Source: Gammaproteobacteria bacterium
Lineage (GTDB): Bacteria > Pseudomonadota > Gammaproteobacteria > GCA-001735895
Assembly: GCA_050298595.1 (NCBI GenBank)
Contig: JBNKUM010000019.1
Span: 1-48,661, forward strand
DNA length: 48,661 nt
Direction: 5' to 3'
Part shown: positions 1 through 9,391 of the stretch, in pieces
Position numbering within the stretch: the stretch's first letter is position 1
Layout: each line of letters opens with the position of its first letter
Program-made: the position numbers and the translations under genes
Notes under the pieces: model-generated
What the model saw: only the letters and a program-made list of their open reading frames with translations
Told to the model about the DNA's origin: nothing
Databases searched by the model: none

Positions 1-747
1 GGCCAGGGGTAAACCCATCAAGTGGTTGTACAAGCGTGAACCCAGTTCGACATCCACACGATTAGTTGTATGACTGAACAGATAATTTCTGATCCCACCT
101 AATACGGATTCAAACACGACGACTACAAAAAAACCAACGGCAAGTACATCCAGCGTTGTAAACCCCCGATGCACCAGGACCTTATCCATCACCACCTGAA
201 AGAACAGTGGGGTTACCAGTGCAAATATCTGCAGAAAAAACGAGACAATCAGGACTTCAGAAAAGATCTTTCGGTACTTGATCAGTGAAGGGATAAACCA
301 GGAGATATCAAATTTCTGTTGCAGGCTTTCTGCCAGGCCATGGCGTCTTGTTAACGCTATCAGCTCACCTGACCACAGGGCTTTGAATTCGTCAATGGAC
401 AGGACTTTGAGTGCATCGTCACGAAGGTCGTGAATCAAAACACCTGAAGTGGTTTTAGTATTCTCATCTTGTGAGTCATCATTTTTGGTATCTTGTGCAA
501 ATCGAGCGAGCATGAAGTATTCACCATCCTTAGATTTTGCAATCGCTGGTAATATGCCGCTATTTATTTCTGATAAGGCAGGAGTAATCAGCTTAGCCCT
601 TAAGGTTAAGGCTTTAGCTGCTAATAGTATTTCAGTATTTGAAAATGCCTTTCCTGGCTCAGCAAACTGATGAGTTAGCTGATCGATTTCGGCAGGCAGT
701 TGATGAAACCTTGCAATGGCAACCAATGAATGCAGGCCGGTATCCAT
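1..747 (-). CDS. hlyB: Type I secretion system ABC transporter, HlyB family (5' part; runs off the window edge)
   Basis: Not in the ORF track (no stop in window). Manual translation from ATG at 747 gives MDTGLHSLVAIARFHQLPAE... (C39-like domain), then FDISWFIPSLIKYRKIF...LVTPLFFQVVMDKVLVHRGFTTLDVL...HTTNRVDVELGSRLYNHL, hallmark HlyB transmembrane motifs. Confidence 0.93.
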   Translation of the reverse strand, partial: MDTGLHSLVAIARFHQLPAEIDQLTHQFAEPGKAFSNTEILLAAKALTLRAKLITPALSEINSGILPAIAKSKDGEYFMLARFAQDTKNDDSQDENTKTTSGVLIHDLRDDALKVLSIDEFKALWSGELIALTRRHGLAESLQQKFDISWFIPSLIKYRKIFSEVLIVSFFLQIFALVTPLFFQVVMDKVLVHRGFTTLDVLAVGFFVVVVFESVLGGIRNYLFSHTTNRVDVELGSRLYNHLMGLPLA

Positions 748-1297
748 ATCTAAAACTTCTAAAACTCCAATTTTATATTGATGAAAAACGTTAAAACCAA
801 ATAACCCAGATATCCGGCGAGAGGACTTTATTCAGGTTCACTAAATGAGTAACCCGCTGGATTAATCAATATTTGAACTACCACTACTAAGAAAATATGC
901 AGCGATAAAATTTAGATGATTGACTGTCTTCTTGCAATTAGCTAAATAGCGTAAACAAGGAAATCATATAAGCTTTTTAGCGTAAGGCACCCAAAATCAT
1001 CTCAACTACAGGTATCCATTTTTGGGTTACCTGGTATCTCAAACTTCCCTCTGCCATCGTGAACCCTGAGCTGATCGTTCACCCGCTGCAAACTTTTGAG
1101 AGTCACATCATCACTGCTATCTTTGTTTGATTGGCTTGCTCGCAACAGGCGGACCAACTTTTGAGTTAAGATATACACTAAAATGGCTCTGTATGGAAAT
1201 CATGCGGCTCAAAATTTTTCTAATTTTAATAAAAAAATTCTTTTATTCCGAACGGCAGCTCTAGAATCTAAGGCAGTTCAATTCTGCAAAACCATAT

Positions 1298-1368
1298 AGA
1301 TTCCATCCTCGGGTTCGTAAACGGCACTTCCATGTGCCACTTCTGCCGCGCTAACCGCTCGCAATGAC
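1298..1368. repeat. Possible degenerate REP-like palindromic element
   Basis: GC-richer patch in AT-rich DNA with a small hairpin (ggcac-ttccat-gtgcc) and the end motif gccgcgctaaccgctcgcaatgac, which resembles intergenic palindromic repeats. Single copy in window. Confidence 0.25.
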
Positions 1369-1930
1369 ATGACATGATTTTGATGCATAACCATTTACCC
1401 TAATTTCAATCAGTCAGTTCCTTTCTATTCTTGATGATACAAATAAAGGGAGGTTGGCATGGAAATCAGTAGCGCTTGCATGCCCCAAATCTAGATATTC
1501 ATTTTGCTCAGCACTTTGGCCTCGCTAAAAGCGAGCAGCATAAAGATGGTTGAAACTAAAAACCGTAGTTGACCTCTTTGAGACTATTAAAGTGTATAAG
1601 TTTAAGGAACATATCGGCTTTGAAGAGGCTCACTGAATGGGTAACAGTGTCCGTAAGATCATCAGGTGGCTCTCGTAGAGCTGTGGAAAAGATTTTTTCA
1701 CATAACAGCTTTTAAGAATCTCTATACTTGAGACGATATTTTGGTAAATAACGATCAGAAGATCCTAAGATAAACACCTCCTTTTTTCACATCCCGGCAA
1801 CCACAAGCTAAATTGCAAATTCGCTAAGGTTATTGATATGCTATTTAATATTATGCGAAACAAAGCTTCTAGAATGACCTGATATCGGTCAGGGTAAGCG
1901 GCTTAAAGTAGACAAATAATGCTGTTCACA

Positions 1931-1958
1931 AAAAAGCCACTCGAATAAGTGGCTTTTT
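1931..1958 (-). terminator. Rho-independent terminator (potentially bidirectional)
   Basis: aaaaagccact-cgaata-agtggcttttt perfect inverted repeat with A/T tracts, just downstream of the stop at 1984. Confidence 0.85.
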
Positions 1959-1983
1959 AGATTAACTGGTAGTTCAGTAGAAA

Positions 1984-2187
1984 TTAACGGTGTGAACCTT
2001 TTTCTGCATGAGCAATATCAACCAGTTCCATCGCTTTTTCCATATAAGTTTGACGATAGCCGTCTAATGGATGACCAGCTTCTGGCGTGAAATAATCTTT
2101 AAAATTAACGCCATTTTCCTGTTCGTAAGCAATGAATTTCTTTTGCATTGCGATCAGTTCCTGAATTCTTGCTGCTTTATCGCTCAT
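1984..2187 (-). CDS. Small hypothetical protein (67 aa), downstream of the DsrC-like gene
   Basis: ATG at 2187 preceded by AGAGGA RBS (MSDKAARIQELIAMQKKFIAYEQ...); followed by a terminator. Confidence 0.8.
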   Translation of the reverse strand: MSDKAARIQELIAMQKKFIAYEQENGVNFKDYFTPEAGHPLDGYRQTYMEKAMELVDIAHAEKGSHR

Positions 2188-2332
2188 AATTTTCCTCTGC
2201 ACACTGTGCCAGTCAATCTGAATAAAATCTTAAGTGGACGGAAATATAAGGGATTATTACCGCCCCGTCACTACCACTATGGTGGTAGAGAGGTAACGTT
2301 ATTGCATTACCTCAGTGATAAGCCTATGCGGC

Positions 2333-2653
2333 TTAATATCCACCTTTACGGGTACTTTGTGGGCAACCACCGATCTTAAGTCCCTGTTTTGAAGGCATTA
2401 ACGGAAACATTTCATACATTTCCTTTGAGCTAACCTTGCGACCCCATAGCTTACCCATTTCTTTCATGATACTGCGTTCGTTGGGCTCATTACCATCCAG
2501 TGTTTGTGCACGAACGTATTTCACAATGTCCCAATGCCCTTCTGTGGGCTCAATGCCTTCTTCTGCAAACAGTTCAATTGCAATCTCTTCATTCCAGTCA
2601 TTGGCGTTAACCAGATAACCATTTTCAGTTCTCTCGACCGACTCAAGTGCCAT
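2333..2653 (-). CDS. TusE/DsrC/DsvC-family protein lacking the canonical C-terminal cysteines (RspA-type)
   Basis: GYLVNANDWNEEIA, HWDIVKYVR and MYEMFP...PSKQ align with DsrC at 19728. C-terminus is GLKIGGCPQSTRKGGY instead of ACKYAGLPKPTGCV. GAGG RBS. Confidence 0.9.
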   Translation of the reverse strand: MALESVERTENGYLVNANDWNEEIAIELFAEEGIEPTEGHWDIVKYVRAQTLDGNEPNERSIMKEMGKLWGRKVSSKEMYEMFPLMPSKQGLKIGGCPQSTRKGGY

Positions 2654-2874
2654 AATATTGACCTCAACTTCGTTGAATTATGATTAATGAAATTTTAGGA
2701 CGGTAATTTTCCATATAAACAGTCAAATGTCCTTACCCCTTTAGTTATATGGGTTGAACCGATCACGTACATGGTGTATCAGGATATTTTCTATCTCAGA
2801 ACCTTGTTTCAGGGTATTAGTTTGATTCTAATAAATCAGTCCTGGTAATTAAAATTTAACTTGTATGAAATATA

Positions 2875-2888
2875 TTGACCTATATCAA
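2875..2888 (+). promoter_or_regulatory. Putative FNR/CRP-family binding box upstream of the mbx-like operon
   Basis: TTGAC-CTAT-ATCAA versus consensus TTGAT-N4-ATCAA (9/10), 56 nt before the first ATG, followed by an AT-rich TATAAAT stretch at 2910-2916. Confidence 0.6.
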
Positions 2889-2944
2889 GACGGTTTTTTT
2901 TTATTGCAATATAAATACACACTGTCTATCAGAGAACGAATTAC

Positions 2945-3463
2945 ATGGATTCTGAAATTACCCACATCACTAATAAACGGGATCGGTTGATCCTGTTTTC
3001 CACCCTGCTCCTGTTCTGGTTTTTATTAAACGGATCAATGGATCTGGATTTTATTATGGTTGGTGTCATCGTATCTGCAGTGATCAGCCTGCTGTTTTAT
3101 CAGGGGCTATCCTTCTTTACTGAACTGCGATTGACACCCGAAGCTTTTCGTGCCGGATTTCTTTACTATGGCTATTTCTTCAAAGAACTAGTGCTCTCAA
3201 ATCTGAGAATGGCCGCCATCGTACTCTCCCCTTCTCTGCCTATCAAGCCCACCATAGTCAGGGTGAAGACAAGACTGAAAACTCGCATGGGGCGCCTGAT
3301 GCTGGCTAATTCAATCACTCTGACCCCTGGCACCCTGACCGTTAACATGGAGGGTGAGTGGTTATATATCCACTGCGTTTACCTGGACAGCAGTGAGATG
3401 GATACCGCCACTCGTGAGATTGTGGCGGGTTTCGAGTCCTATCTTGAGGTAATGTATGGCTGA
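2945..3463 (+). CDS. mbxA: Mrp-type Na+/H+ antiporter subunit E (MnhE/MrpE); MbxA/MbsA
   Basis: LANSITLTPGTLTV signature, LYIH; first gene of a tightly coupled operon. Confidence 0.93.
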   Translation: MDSEITHITNKRDRLILFSTLLLFWFLLNGSMDLDFIMVGVIVSAVISLLFYQGLSFFTELRLTPEAFRAGFLYYGYFFKELVLSNLRMAAIVLSPSLPIKPTIVRVKTRLKTRMGRLMLANSITLTPGTLTVNMEGEWLYIHCVYLDSSEMDTATREIVAGFESYLEVMYG

Positions 3464-3716
3464 AGCACTCATTTACTTTGCGGCAATACTCAGCGCACTG
3501 GCTTTTCTACTCGCACTGTTACGCTTCATCAAGGGACCAACCCCGGCTGATCGTGTGGTCGCCTTTGATGTACTGACCATCGTTGCCATCACTGGCATTA
3601 TTCTCGTGGCACTCGCCGAAGGGCGTGGTATCTATCTTGATGTGGCGCTGGTTTACGCTCTACTATCTTTCCTCGGGGTTATCGTCATTGCTCGCTATCT
3701 TGAAAAGGGGTTTTAA
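3456..3716 (+). CDS. mbxB: Mrp subunit F (MnhF/MrpF); MbxB
   Basis: RFIKGPTPADRVVAFD and LDVALVYALLSFLG motifs; 3 hydrophobic segments. Confidence 0.93.
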   Translation: MAEALIYFAAILSALAFLLALLRFIKGPTPADRVVAFDVLTIVAITGIILVALAEGRGIYLDVALVYALLSFLGVIVIARYLEKGF

Positions 3717-3719
3717 TCT

Positions 3720-4058
3720 GTGGCAGAGTTAATGGATATTTTCGGCGCATTATTACTGGCCGCAGGATCTTTTTTCCTGTTTCTTGGCAGCCTGGGGCTC
3801 ATGCGCATGCCGGATGTCTTCAATCGCATACAGGCAGGCACCAAATCCACCACGCTGGGGACATTGCTGGTGTTGTTAGGAACCACATTCATTCACCCCG
3901 GATGGGGCTTAAAACTGTTATTGATTGGGGTATTCCTGTTGTTTACTAATCCTTTGTCATCACAGGTACTGGCTAATGCTGCTCATCGCAACAAAACCCG
4001 CCAGAGTGACCTGGTCACCGTAGACCACTTAGCTGAAGATCGGAGTAAAAAAGAATGA
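3720..4058 (+). CDS. mbxC: Mrp subunit G (MnhG/MrpG); MbxC
   Basis: GLMRMPDVFNRIQAGTKSTTLG, TNPLSSQVLANAA. Confidence 0.93.
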   Translation: MAELMDIFGALLLAAGSFFLFLGSLGLMRMPDVFNRIQAGTKSTTLGTLLVLLGTTFIHPGWGLKLLLIGVFLLFTNPLSSQVLANAAHRNKTRQSDLVTVDHLAEDRSKKE

Positions 4059-4312
4059 ATGGTTTATTGCTGGCGATAACTCTGCTGCTTGCGATTACCA
4101 TGGTAATCGCTGCACTGATTTCCATCCATCGAGAAAGAAGCCTGCCTATTTCCATCCTGGCGGCCGGTCTGGTTAGCTTGTTGGCCTCGGTACAGTTCCT
4201 GATACTTGCAGCACCGGATGTGGCCATGACCGAAGCAGCCATCGGCAGTGGCTTAACAACCTTTCTGTTCTTTTTTGTTCTGGGCAAGGTACGCCGGGGT
4301 GAACATGATTAA
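4055..4312 (+). CDS. mbxD: MbhD/DUF4040-like small membrane subunit (MrpA C-terminal-like); MbxD
   Basis: LAAPDVAMTEAAIGSGL motif; ATGA overlap with upstream stop. Confidence 0.9.
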   Translation: MNGLLLAITLLLAITMVIAALISIHRERSLPISILAAGLVSLLASVQFLILAAPDVAMTEAAIGSGLTTFLFFFVLGKVRRGEHD

Positions 4313-5006
4313 ACGATTCACCGTACTGCTGATTATTCTAGGTCTGGGTGCTATCTTTGTTCAAATGCTGATGCAATACCAGCCTGATACAACACTTAAC
4401 CAGAGCGGCCTTTACTATGCCGAAAACTCGACTCAGGAAGTGGGTGCCGCTAACATTGTTACCGCCATCATCGTCACCTATCGCGGTCTGGATACGCTTG
4501 GTGAAGTCACCGTGCTGTTTCTCACCGCAGCCATTGTCGGATTGGTGTTGTCGCATGATTACAAAAAGGCTACCCATCGTGTTGAGAATAGACCCGGTCC
4601 GGGCGAACTTTTAATCACCGGTAGTCAGTTGCTGGCACCACTCATTTTATTGTTCGGTGCCTATATCTTTACCAATGGGCACCTTACCCCAGGCGGTGGC
4701 TTTCAGGGTGGTGCAATCCTCGCTTCTGCAGTGCTGTTGCTCTTGCTAACACGCCCGGTTAAACACTTCAGCCATAGATTGATTACCATGCTCGAATCGA
4801 TTTCCGGGCTGCTGTTCGTGGGTATTGGTCTATTAGGCATAGTCCTGGCCGGCGGCTTTCTGGATAACCGTATCCTGCCTGTCGGTGAACTGGGTGATCT
4901 GTTTTCTGCTGGAACTATCCCGATCATCTATTCTCTCATCGGGCTGAAGGTCGGTGCCGAGTTCAGTTCCATGCTGCTTAAACTGGCTGAAACAGAGGAA
5001 TCCTGA
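4305..5006 (+). CDS. mbxF: Mrp subunit B (MnhB/MrpB)-like; MbxF/MbsE
   Basis: NIVTAIIVTYRGLDTLGE and GHLTPGGGFQGG motifs; ATG at 4305 preferred over TTG at 4275. Confidence 0.92.
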   Translation: MIKRFTVLLIILGLGAIFVQMLMQYQPDTTLNQSGLYYAENSTQEVGAANIVTAIIVTYRGLDTLGEVTVLFLTAAIVGLVLSHDYKKATHRVENRPGPGELLITGSQLLAPLILLFGAYIFTNGHLTPGGGFQGGAILASAVLLLLLTRPVKHFSHRLITMLESISGLLFVGIGLLGIVLAGGFLDNRILPVGELGDLFSAGTIPIIYSLIGLKVGAEFSSMLLKLAETEES

Positions 5007-5362
5007 TGGAATACATTGCCCTTGCAACTGGCTTTATGCTGATCTTGATTGGGCTCTACGGAGCACTGACCAGGAGCAATATCCTGCGCATGATCGTGGC
5101 TTTCGCTATCGCCAATACCGGTGTCAATCTGGTACTGATATCTGTCGGCTATATCCGCGGTCGTAGTGCTCCCATCATCGATAAAACCCTGGCGGCTAGT
5201 GAAGCCGCATCACGTATCATCGATCCTCTGCCACAGGCCCTGGTTCTGACGGCAATTGTCATTGGCGTGGGCATTACTGCATTGATGCTGGCCTATGCCT
5301 ATAAGCTCTATACCATGAAAGGCAGTCTGGATATCTCCAGGATCAGGGAGCTGAAATGGTAG
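5006..5362 (+). CDS. mbxG: Mrp subunit C (MnhC/NuoK-like); MbxG
   Basis: DPLPQALVLTAIVIG signature. Confidence 0.93.
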   Translation: MEYIALATGFMLILIGLYGALTRSNILRMIVAFAIANTGVNLVLISVGYIRGRSAPIIDKTLAASEAASRIIDPLPQALVLTAIVIGVGITALMLAYAYKLYTMKGSLDISRIRELKW

Positions 5363-8300
5363 ACGCACTGAACATCATTACCACCACGCTGGGCGCGGCA
5401 TTTTTGCTCGGATTACTGCGTGATGAGTGGCGCACCACAGCTTATATCATCACCCTGCTGACCCTGGGATTTATTAGCTGGGTATCCGCCAGCTGGTTAT
5501 GGTTGTTTGTCTTTGATCCGCGCCCACCAGTAGAAATCCTGACTGCTGGCAGTCAACCACCTTTTGCCATCAATCTGCGTATGGGCCTGACGGAATCTGT
5601 TGCGCTATTGATAGTCACCGTCACCGGTCTGTTGTCAAGCATTTATCTGCGTGACACCCTGTTCCGATTAGGCAGACGCGCAATGGCGGTATTGCTGGTA
5701 TTTATTATGGCCATGTGCGGCATTATCATGACGCGCGATATCTTTAACCTTTTTGTGTTTCAGGAACTGATCGTAATCGCCACCGGCGGTCTCGTCTTAC
5801 TTTCCAGTAATAAGCTGTCGCTTGGTGCCGGGTTCAAATACCTGATCGCTTCACAGGTAGTTTCCATTCTGTTACTCGTGGGCATTATCTTCAGCTACCA
5901 CAGCACCGGCACCTTAAACATTGATGGTATGGCGGCACAGTCTGAACTGCTGATCAAAACAGCCCCATTGGCGTTTTTCCTGCTTATCATTGCACTCATC
6001 ATCGAACTCAAACCCTTTCCCGCCAACGGCTGGGCACTAGATATTTATGAATCGGCGCATCCAGCCTTTTCTGCCATTCTTTCCGCCGCCACGGGCACTG
6101 CCAGTCTGTTTATGATTGATAAGGTATTAACCATCGGTGGTGATAGCTGGCTACCACTGGCGACCGGTGTCGGTCTGCTCAGTTTCATTGGTGCCAATCT
6201 GTTTGCTTTGGCACAAAACCATGACCGTCGTCTGCTGGGTTATTCTTCCGTGGCTCAGATTGGCCTGCTGCTAACTATCATTGGCCAGCGTGACATTCTG
6301 GGCGAAAGCTACCTGTTCATTGCCGGTGGTATCCTGCTCGCCCATGCGGTAGCCAAAGCAGGGCTGTTCTGGTTATCCGGTTTAATCAACGAACGTGAAC
6401 TGACTGCCTGGACTGCCTTGCGCGGGCGTCCATTACTAATCTTTGCCTTCGTCACTTTCATTGCGCTATTGATCGGTCTGCCACCTTTCCCCGGGTTTTA
6501 CGCGAAATGGGAGCTGGTGCATATCCTGGCCAGTGAAGGGCGTATCGCGCTTATCGTGCTGATCCTGTTTGGTGCTTTACTTGAAACGGCTTACCTGTTT
6601 CGCTGGTTTGGCCTGATCCTCAAACATGAAGAGGTAGCGCCAACTGCTGGCTGCCCACCACAGAAGGTAAGCGTCATCTATAGCGCGGTCCTGCTCGCCT
6701 GGGGGCTGGCTTTCATCTGGGGTGAACTATCCGGTTTTGGTAACCAGCTATCCGCTATTCCTCTGTTATTTGCATTGCTTTTGTTGCCGTTGGAATGGCT
6801 ACCAGCCAAAATCAAGAATCTGCTCGCCATCATCGGTCTGGTGGCCTGGTTTATAGTTCAATTCCCCGCTTACGATGCGCTGCAATTAATCTTCGCAGCC
6901 ATCATCCTGCCCGGTGGTGCACTGATACTATTGTCCAGCTTCCACAACCAGGGGCGCAGACTGGGATTTTACCCGGCCAGCCTGTGGATGTTTGCCGGCC
7001 TGAGTATGTTGATCGTGGCCAAAGATTCATTCAGCTTCTTCGCCGCCTGGGAAACCCTGACCATCGGTTCCTATTTCCTGATTCTGCGTGGCAAGCATTC
7101 ACAACCGCATGCCCTGTCCTACATTATGTTTTCACTGGGCGGTGCCTTTCTAATGATGCTGGGGTTTGCACTGGCTGCACAGGGCAACCCGATATTCCTG
7201 CTCACCTCTCTGACAGATGCACCCAGCGAATTTGCACCGTGGATATTCATCCTGCTGGCGATTGGTTTTATGACTAAAACCGCCTCCATTGGTGTGCACA
7301 TCTGGCTGCCGGGCGCGCATGCAGAGGCGGAGTCTGACGTATCACCGTTGCTCTCCGGTATCCTGCTCAAAGCGGGGCTGTTTGGTCTATTCGTATTATT
7401 GATAAACATGGGTAAACAACAGCTATACGGCGTGGAACTGACTCATGTATTGCTATGGATAGGAGCCCTATCCGCCCTGCTGGGCAATATGATGGCCATC
7501 TATCAGGAAGATGCCAAGCGCCTGCTGGCTTACTCATCAATTGCACAGATGGGTTATGCGCTGTTTGGTCTGGCCCTGATGAACCATCTGGGCTGGTTAA
7601 TGACGCTGATGTTTGTGGTCAATCACTATATCTATAAGTCGATGTTGTTCCTGTCAATTGGTGGTGTTGCCAAGCGTACCGGAACCAAGGAAATGTACCG
7701 TATGGGCGGGTTGATCACACTGATGCCACTATCCTTCATTGCAGTACTGATCGGTATCATTGCGGTTTCTGGTGTGCCTCCACTGTCCGGCTTCGGTGGG
7801 CGCTGGATTTTTTACAACGCCATTATGAGCGCAGAATACCGCCTGCCGATGGTCATCATCTTTCTCGCTGGCCCGATTGCATTTCTATACCTGTTTCGCC
7901 TGATTCACACTGTCTTTCTTGGCCAGCTCAAGGATGAACACCGCAAGCTTAAGGAAGCCCCTTTCTGGATCATCCTGCCGCAGATGATTTACGTGGCGTT
8001 CCTGATGATTTTTGCTCTGGTACCGGGTCTCGCGTTACGCCGGGTGGATGCCTATATCAGCCAGTTTTTCCCGAATAACGGTTTGAACTGGGAAGGGCTT
8101 ACCATCACCAGCGATTTTGGTTACTGGAGTCCTGTATCGATCATGATTATCATCGGAGTGATTTTTGTCACCCTGTTTAGCTGGCTGTTGTTTGTCAATC
8201 GCCGTGCACAAAAGGTTAAGCAGTTCAATATCGTGTATGCGGCCGAAAGACCCTACCGCCCCGAGACCACACACTTTGCCTGGAACTTTTTTGCACCCTA

Positions 8301-8481
8301 CCGTAAGGCACTGGGCTTTATGACCCAGCCCTTCGTTACCCACTTCTGGGATACAGTTGCAGACTCATTTCACACCATGGCCGAATTGTTTCGTCGGCTA
8401 TATACCGGTGATGGTCAGACCTATGCGGTGCAGTTGCTGGCCTTTGTGGTCGCGGTCTATTTTCTAAGCAGTGGGGTGTAA
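5356..8481 (+). CDS. mbxH: Fused double antiporter-like (MrpD/NuoM/N-type) subunit; MbxH-MbxH' fusion
   Basis: 1041 aa with two consecutive proton-conducting transporter domains: RDIFNLFVFQE / RRLLGYSSVAQIG / PPFPGFYAKW, then FFAAWE / HIWLPGAHAEA / KRLLAYSSIAQMGY / GVPPLSGFGGRW. Confidence 0.88.
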   Translation: MVDALNIITTTLGAAFLLGLLRDEWRTTAYIITLLTLGFISWVSASWLWLFVFDPRPPVEILTAGSQPPFAINLRMGLTESVALLIVTVTGLLSSIYLRDTLFRLGRRAMAVLLVFIMAMCGIIMTRDIFNLFVFQELIVIATGGLVLLSSNKLSLGAGFKYLIASQVVSILLLVGIIFSYHSTGTLNIDGMAAQSELLIKTAPLAFFLLIIALIIELKPFPANGWALDIYESAHPAFSAILSAATGTASLFMIDKVLTIGGDSWLPLATGVGLLSFIGANLFALAQNHDRRLLGYSSVAQIGLLLTIIGQRDILGESYLFIAGGILLAHAVAKAGLFWLSGLINERELTAWTALRGRPLLIFAFVTFIALLIGLPPFPGFYAKWELVHILASEGRIALIVLILFGALLETAYLFRWFGLILKHEEVAPTAGCPPQKVSVIYSAVLLAWGLAFIWGELSGFGNQLSAIPLLFALLLLPLEWLPAKIKNLLAIIGLVAWFIVQFPAYDALQLIFAAIILPGGALILLSSFHNQGRRLGFYPASLWMFAGLSMLIVAKDSFSFFAAWETLTIGSYFLILRGKHSQPHALSYIMFSLGGAFLMMLGFALAAQGNPIFLLTSLTDAPSEFAPWIFILLAIGFMTKTASIGVHIWLPGAHAEAESDVSPLLSGILLKAGLFGLFVLLINMGKQQLYGVELTHVLLWIGALSALLGNMMAIYQEDAKRLLAYSSIAQMGYALFGLALMNHLGWLMTLMFVVNHYIYKSMLFLSIGGVAKRTGTKEMYRMGGLITLMPLSFIAVLIGIIAVSGVPPLSGFGGRWIFYNAIMSAEYRLPMVIIFLAGPIAFLYLFRLIHTVFLGQLKDEHRKLKEAPFWIILPQMIYVAFLMIFALVPGLALRRVDAYISQFFPNNGLNWEGLTITSDFGYWSPVSIMIIIGVIFVTLFSWLLFVNRRAQKVKQFNIVYAAERPYRPETTHFAWNFFAPYRKALGFMTQPFVTHFWDTVADSFHTMAELFRRLYTGDGQTYAVQLLAFVVAVYFLSSGV

Positions 8482-8482
8482 G

Positions 8483-9388
8483 ATGAGTTTTGAATGGATC
8501 CAGATACCCTACTCTCTGTTAACCCTGTTTATCGTGGTGAACTATGGTTTTATTCTAAATGCTTTAATCGCCAAGATTGCCGCCCGCGTTGGACGCCGTC
8601 ATGGTATCCCTATCTGGCAGAACTACCTTGACCTGATCAAAAACTATTCTATCCGTAGTTCGATTACCCACGGTGTCATGTTCTATCTAGGGCCTGTGTT
8701 CAGACTTTCCGGAGGCGTTGGCCTGATACTGTTTGTACCGACTATTTACGGTTCGGTGATGTTCTCTAACCTGTCTTTTGCCGGAGATTTGATTCTGGCA
8801 CTTTATTTTGTTTTCTTCGGTACTCTGGGCATGGCACTGGGTGCGGGTGAAAGCGGCCATCCCTTTGCTGCTATCGGCGTTTCGCGTGGACTGGCACAGG
8901 TGACTGCAGCCGAATTGCCGTTTGCACTTGCCATTTTTTCCATCGCGTTACAATACCAGACTCTGTCGATCACCGATATCGTCGCTGCTCAACAGGGCAG
9001 CTACCTTAACTGGACCCTGTTTACCAACCCATTCGCAGTGACTGCAGCGATGCTGTCTTTTCTCGGTTCAATGATGCGGCCACCATTTGACGTAGTACTG
9101 GCGCCACAGGAAATTCCTATCGGACCACCTACCGAATATCACTCGTCATATCTGGCCATGATGCAAACCAATCGCGCAATCTTCCCGATTGCCAAGATGG
9201 TGGTCTACATGAATCTGTTTTTTGGTGGCGCGCTAAGCTGGCCTGTTTTCTTCCTCAAGGTTTTCCTGATCTATATGGTGTCAGTTGTGGTGGGCGTAGT
9301 CTTCCCTCGCTTCCATGTGGAACATTCGATTCGCTGGTTCCTGGTTTGGGCTGTGCCTCTGGGTATCATTGCGATCATGGTGGTGTAA
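8483..9388 (+). CDS. mbxM: Complex I subunit 1 family (NuoH-like); MbxM
   Basis: KIAARVGRRHG, RPPFDVVLAPQEIPIGPPTEY; about 8 hydrophobic segments; ATG at 8483. Confidence 0.9.
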   Translation: MSFEWIQIPYSLLTLFIVVNYGFILNALIAKIAARVGRRHGIPIWQNYLDLIKNYSIRSSITHGVMFYLGPVFRLSGGVGLILFVPTIYGSVMFSNLSFAGDLILALYFVFFGTLGMALGAGESGHPFAAIGVSRGLAQVTAAELPFALAIFSIALQYQTLSITDIVAAQQGSYLNWTLFTNPFAVTAAMLSFLGSMMRPPFDVVLAPQEIPIGPPTEYHSSYLAMMQTNRAIFPIAKMVVYMNLFFGGALSWPVFFLKVFLIYMVSVVVGVVFPRFHVEHSIRWFLVWAVPLGIIAIMVV

Positions 9389-9391
9389 GTA

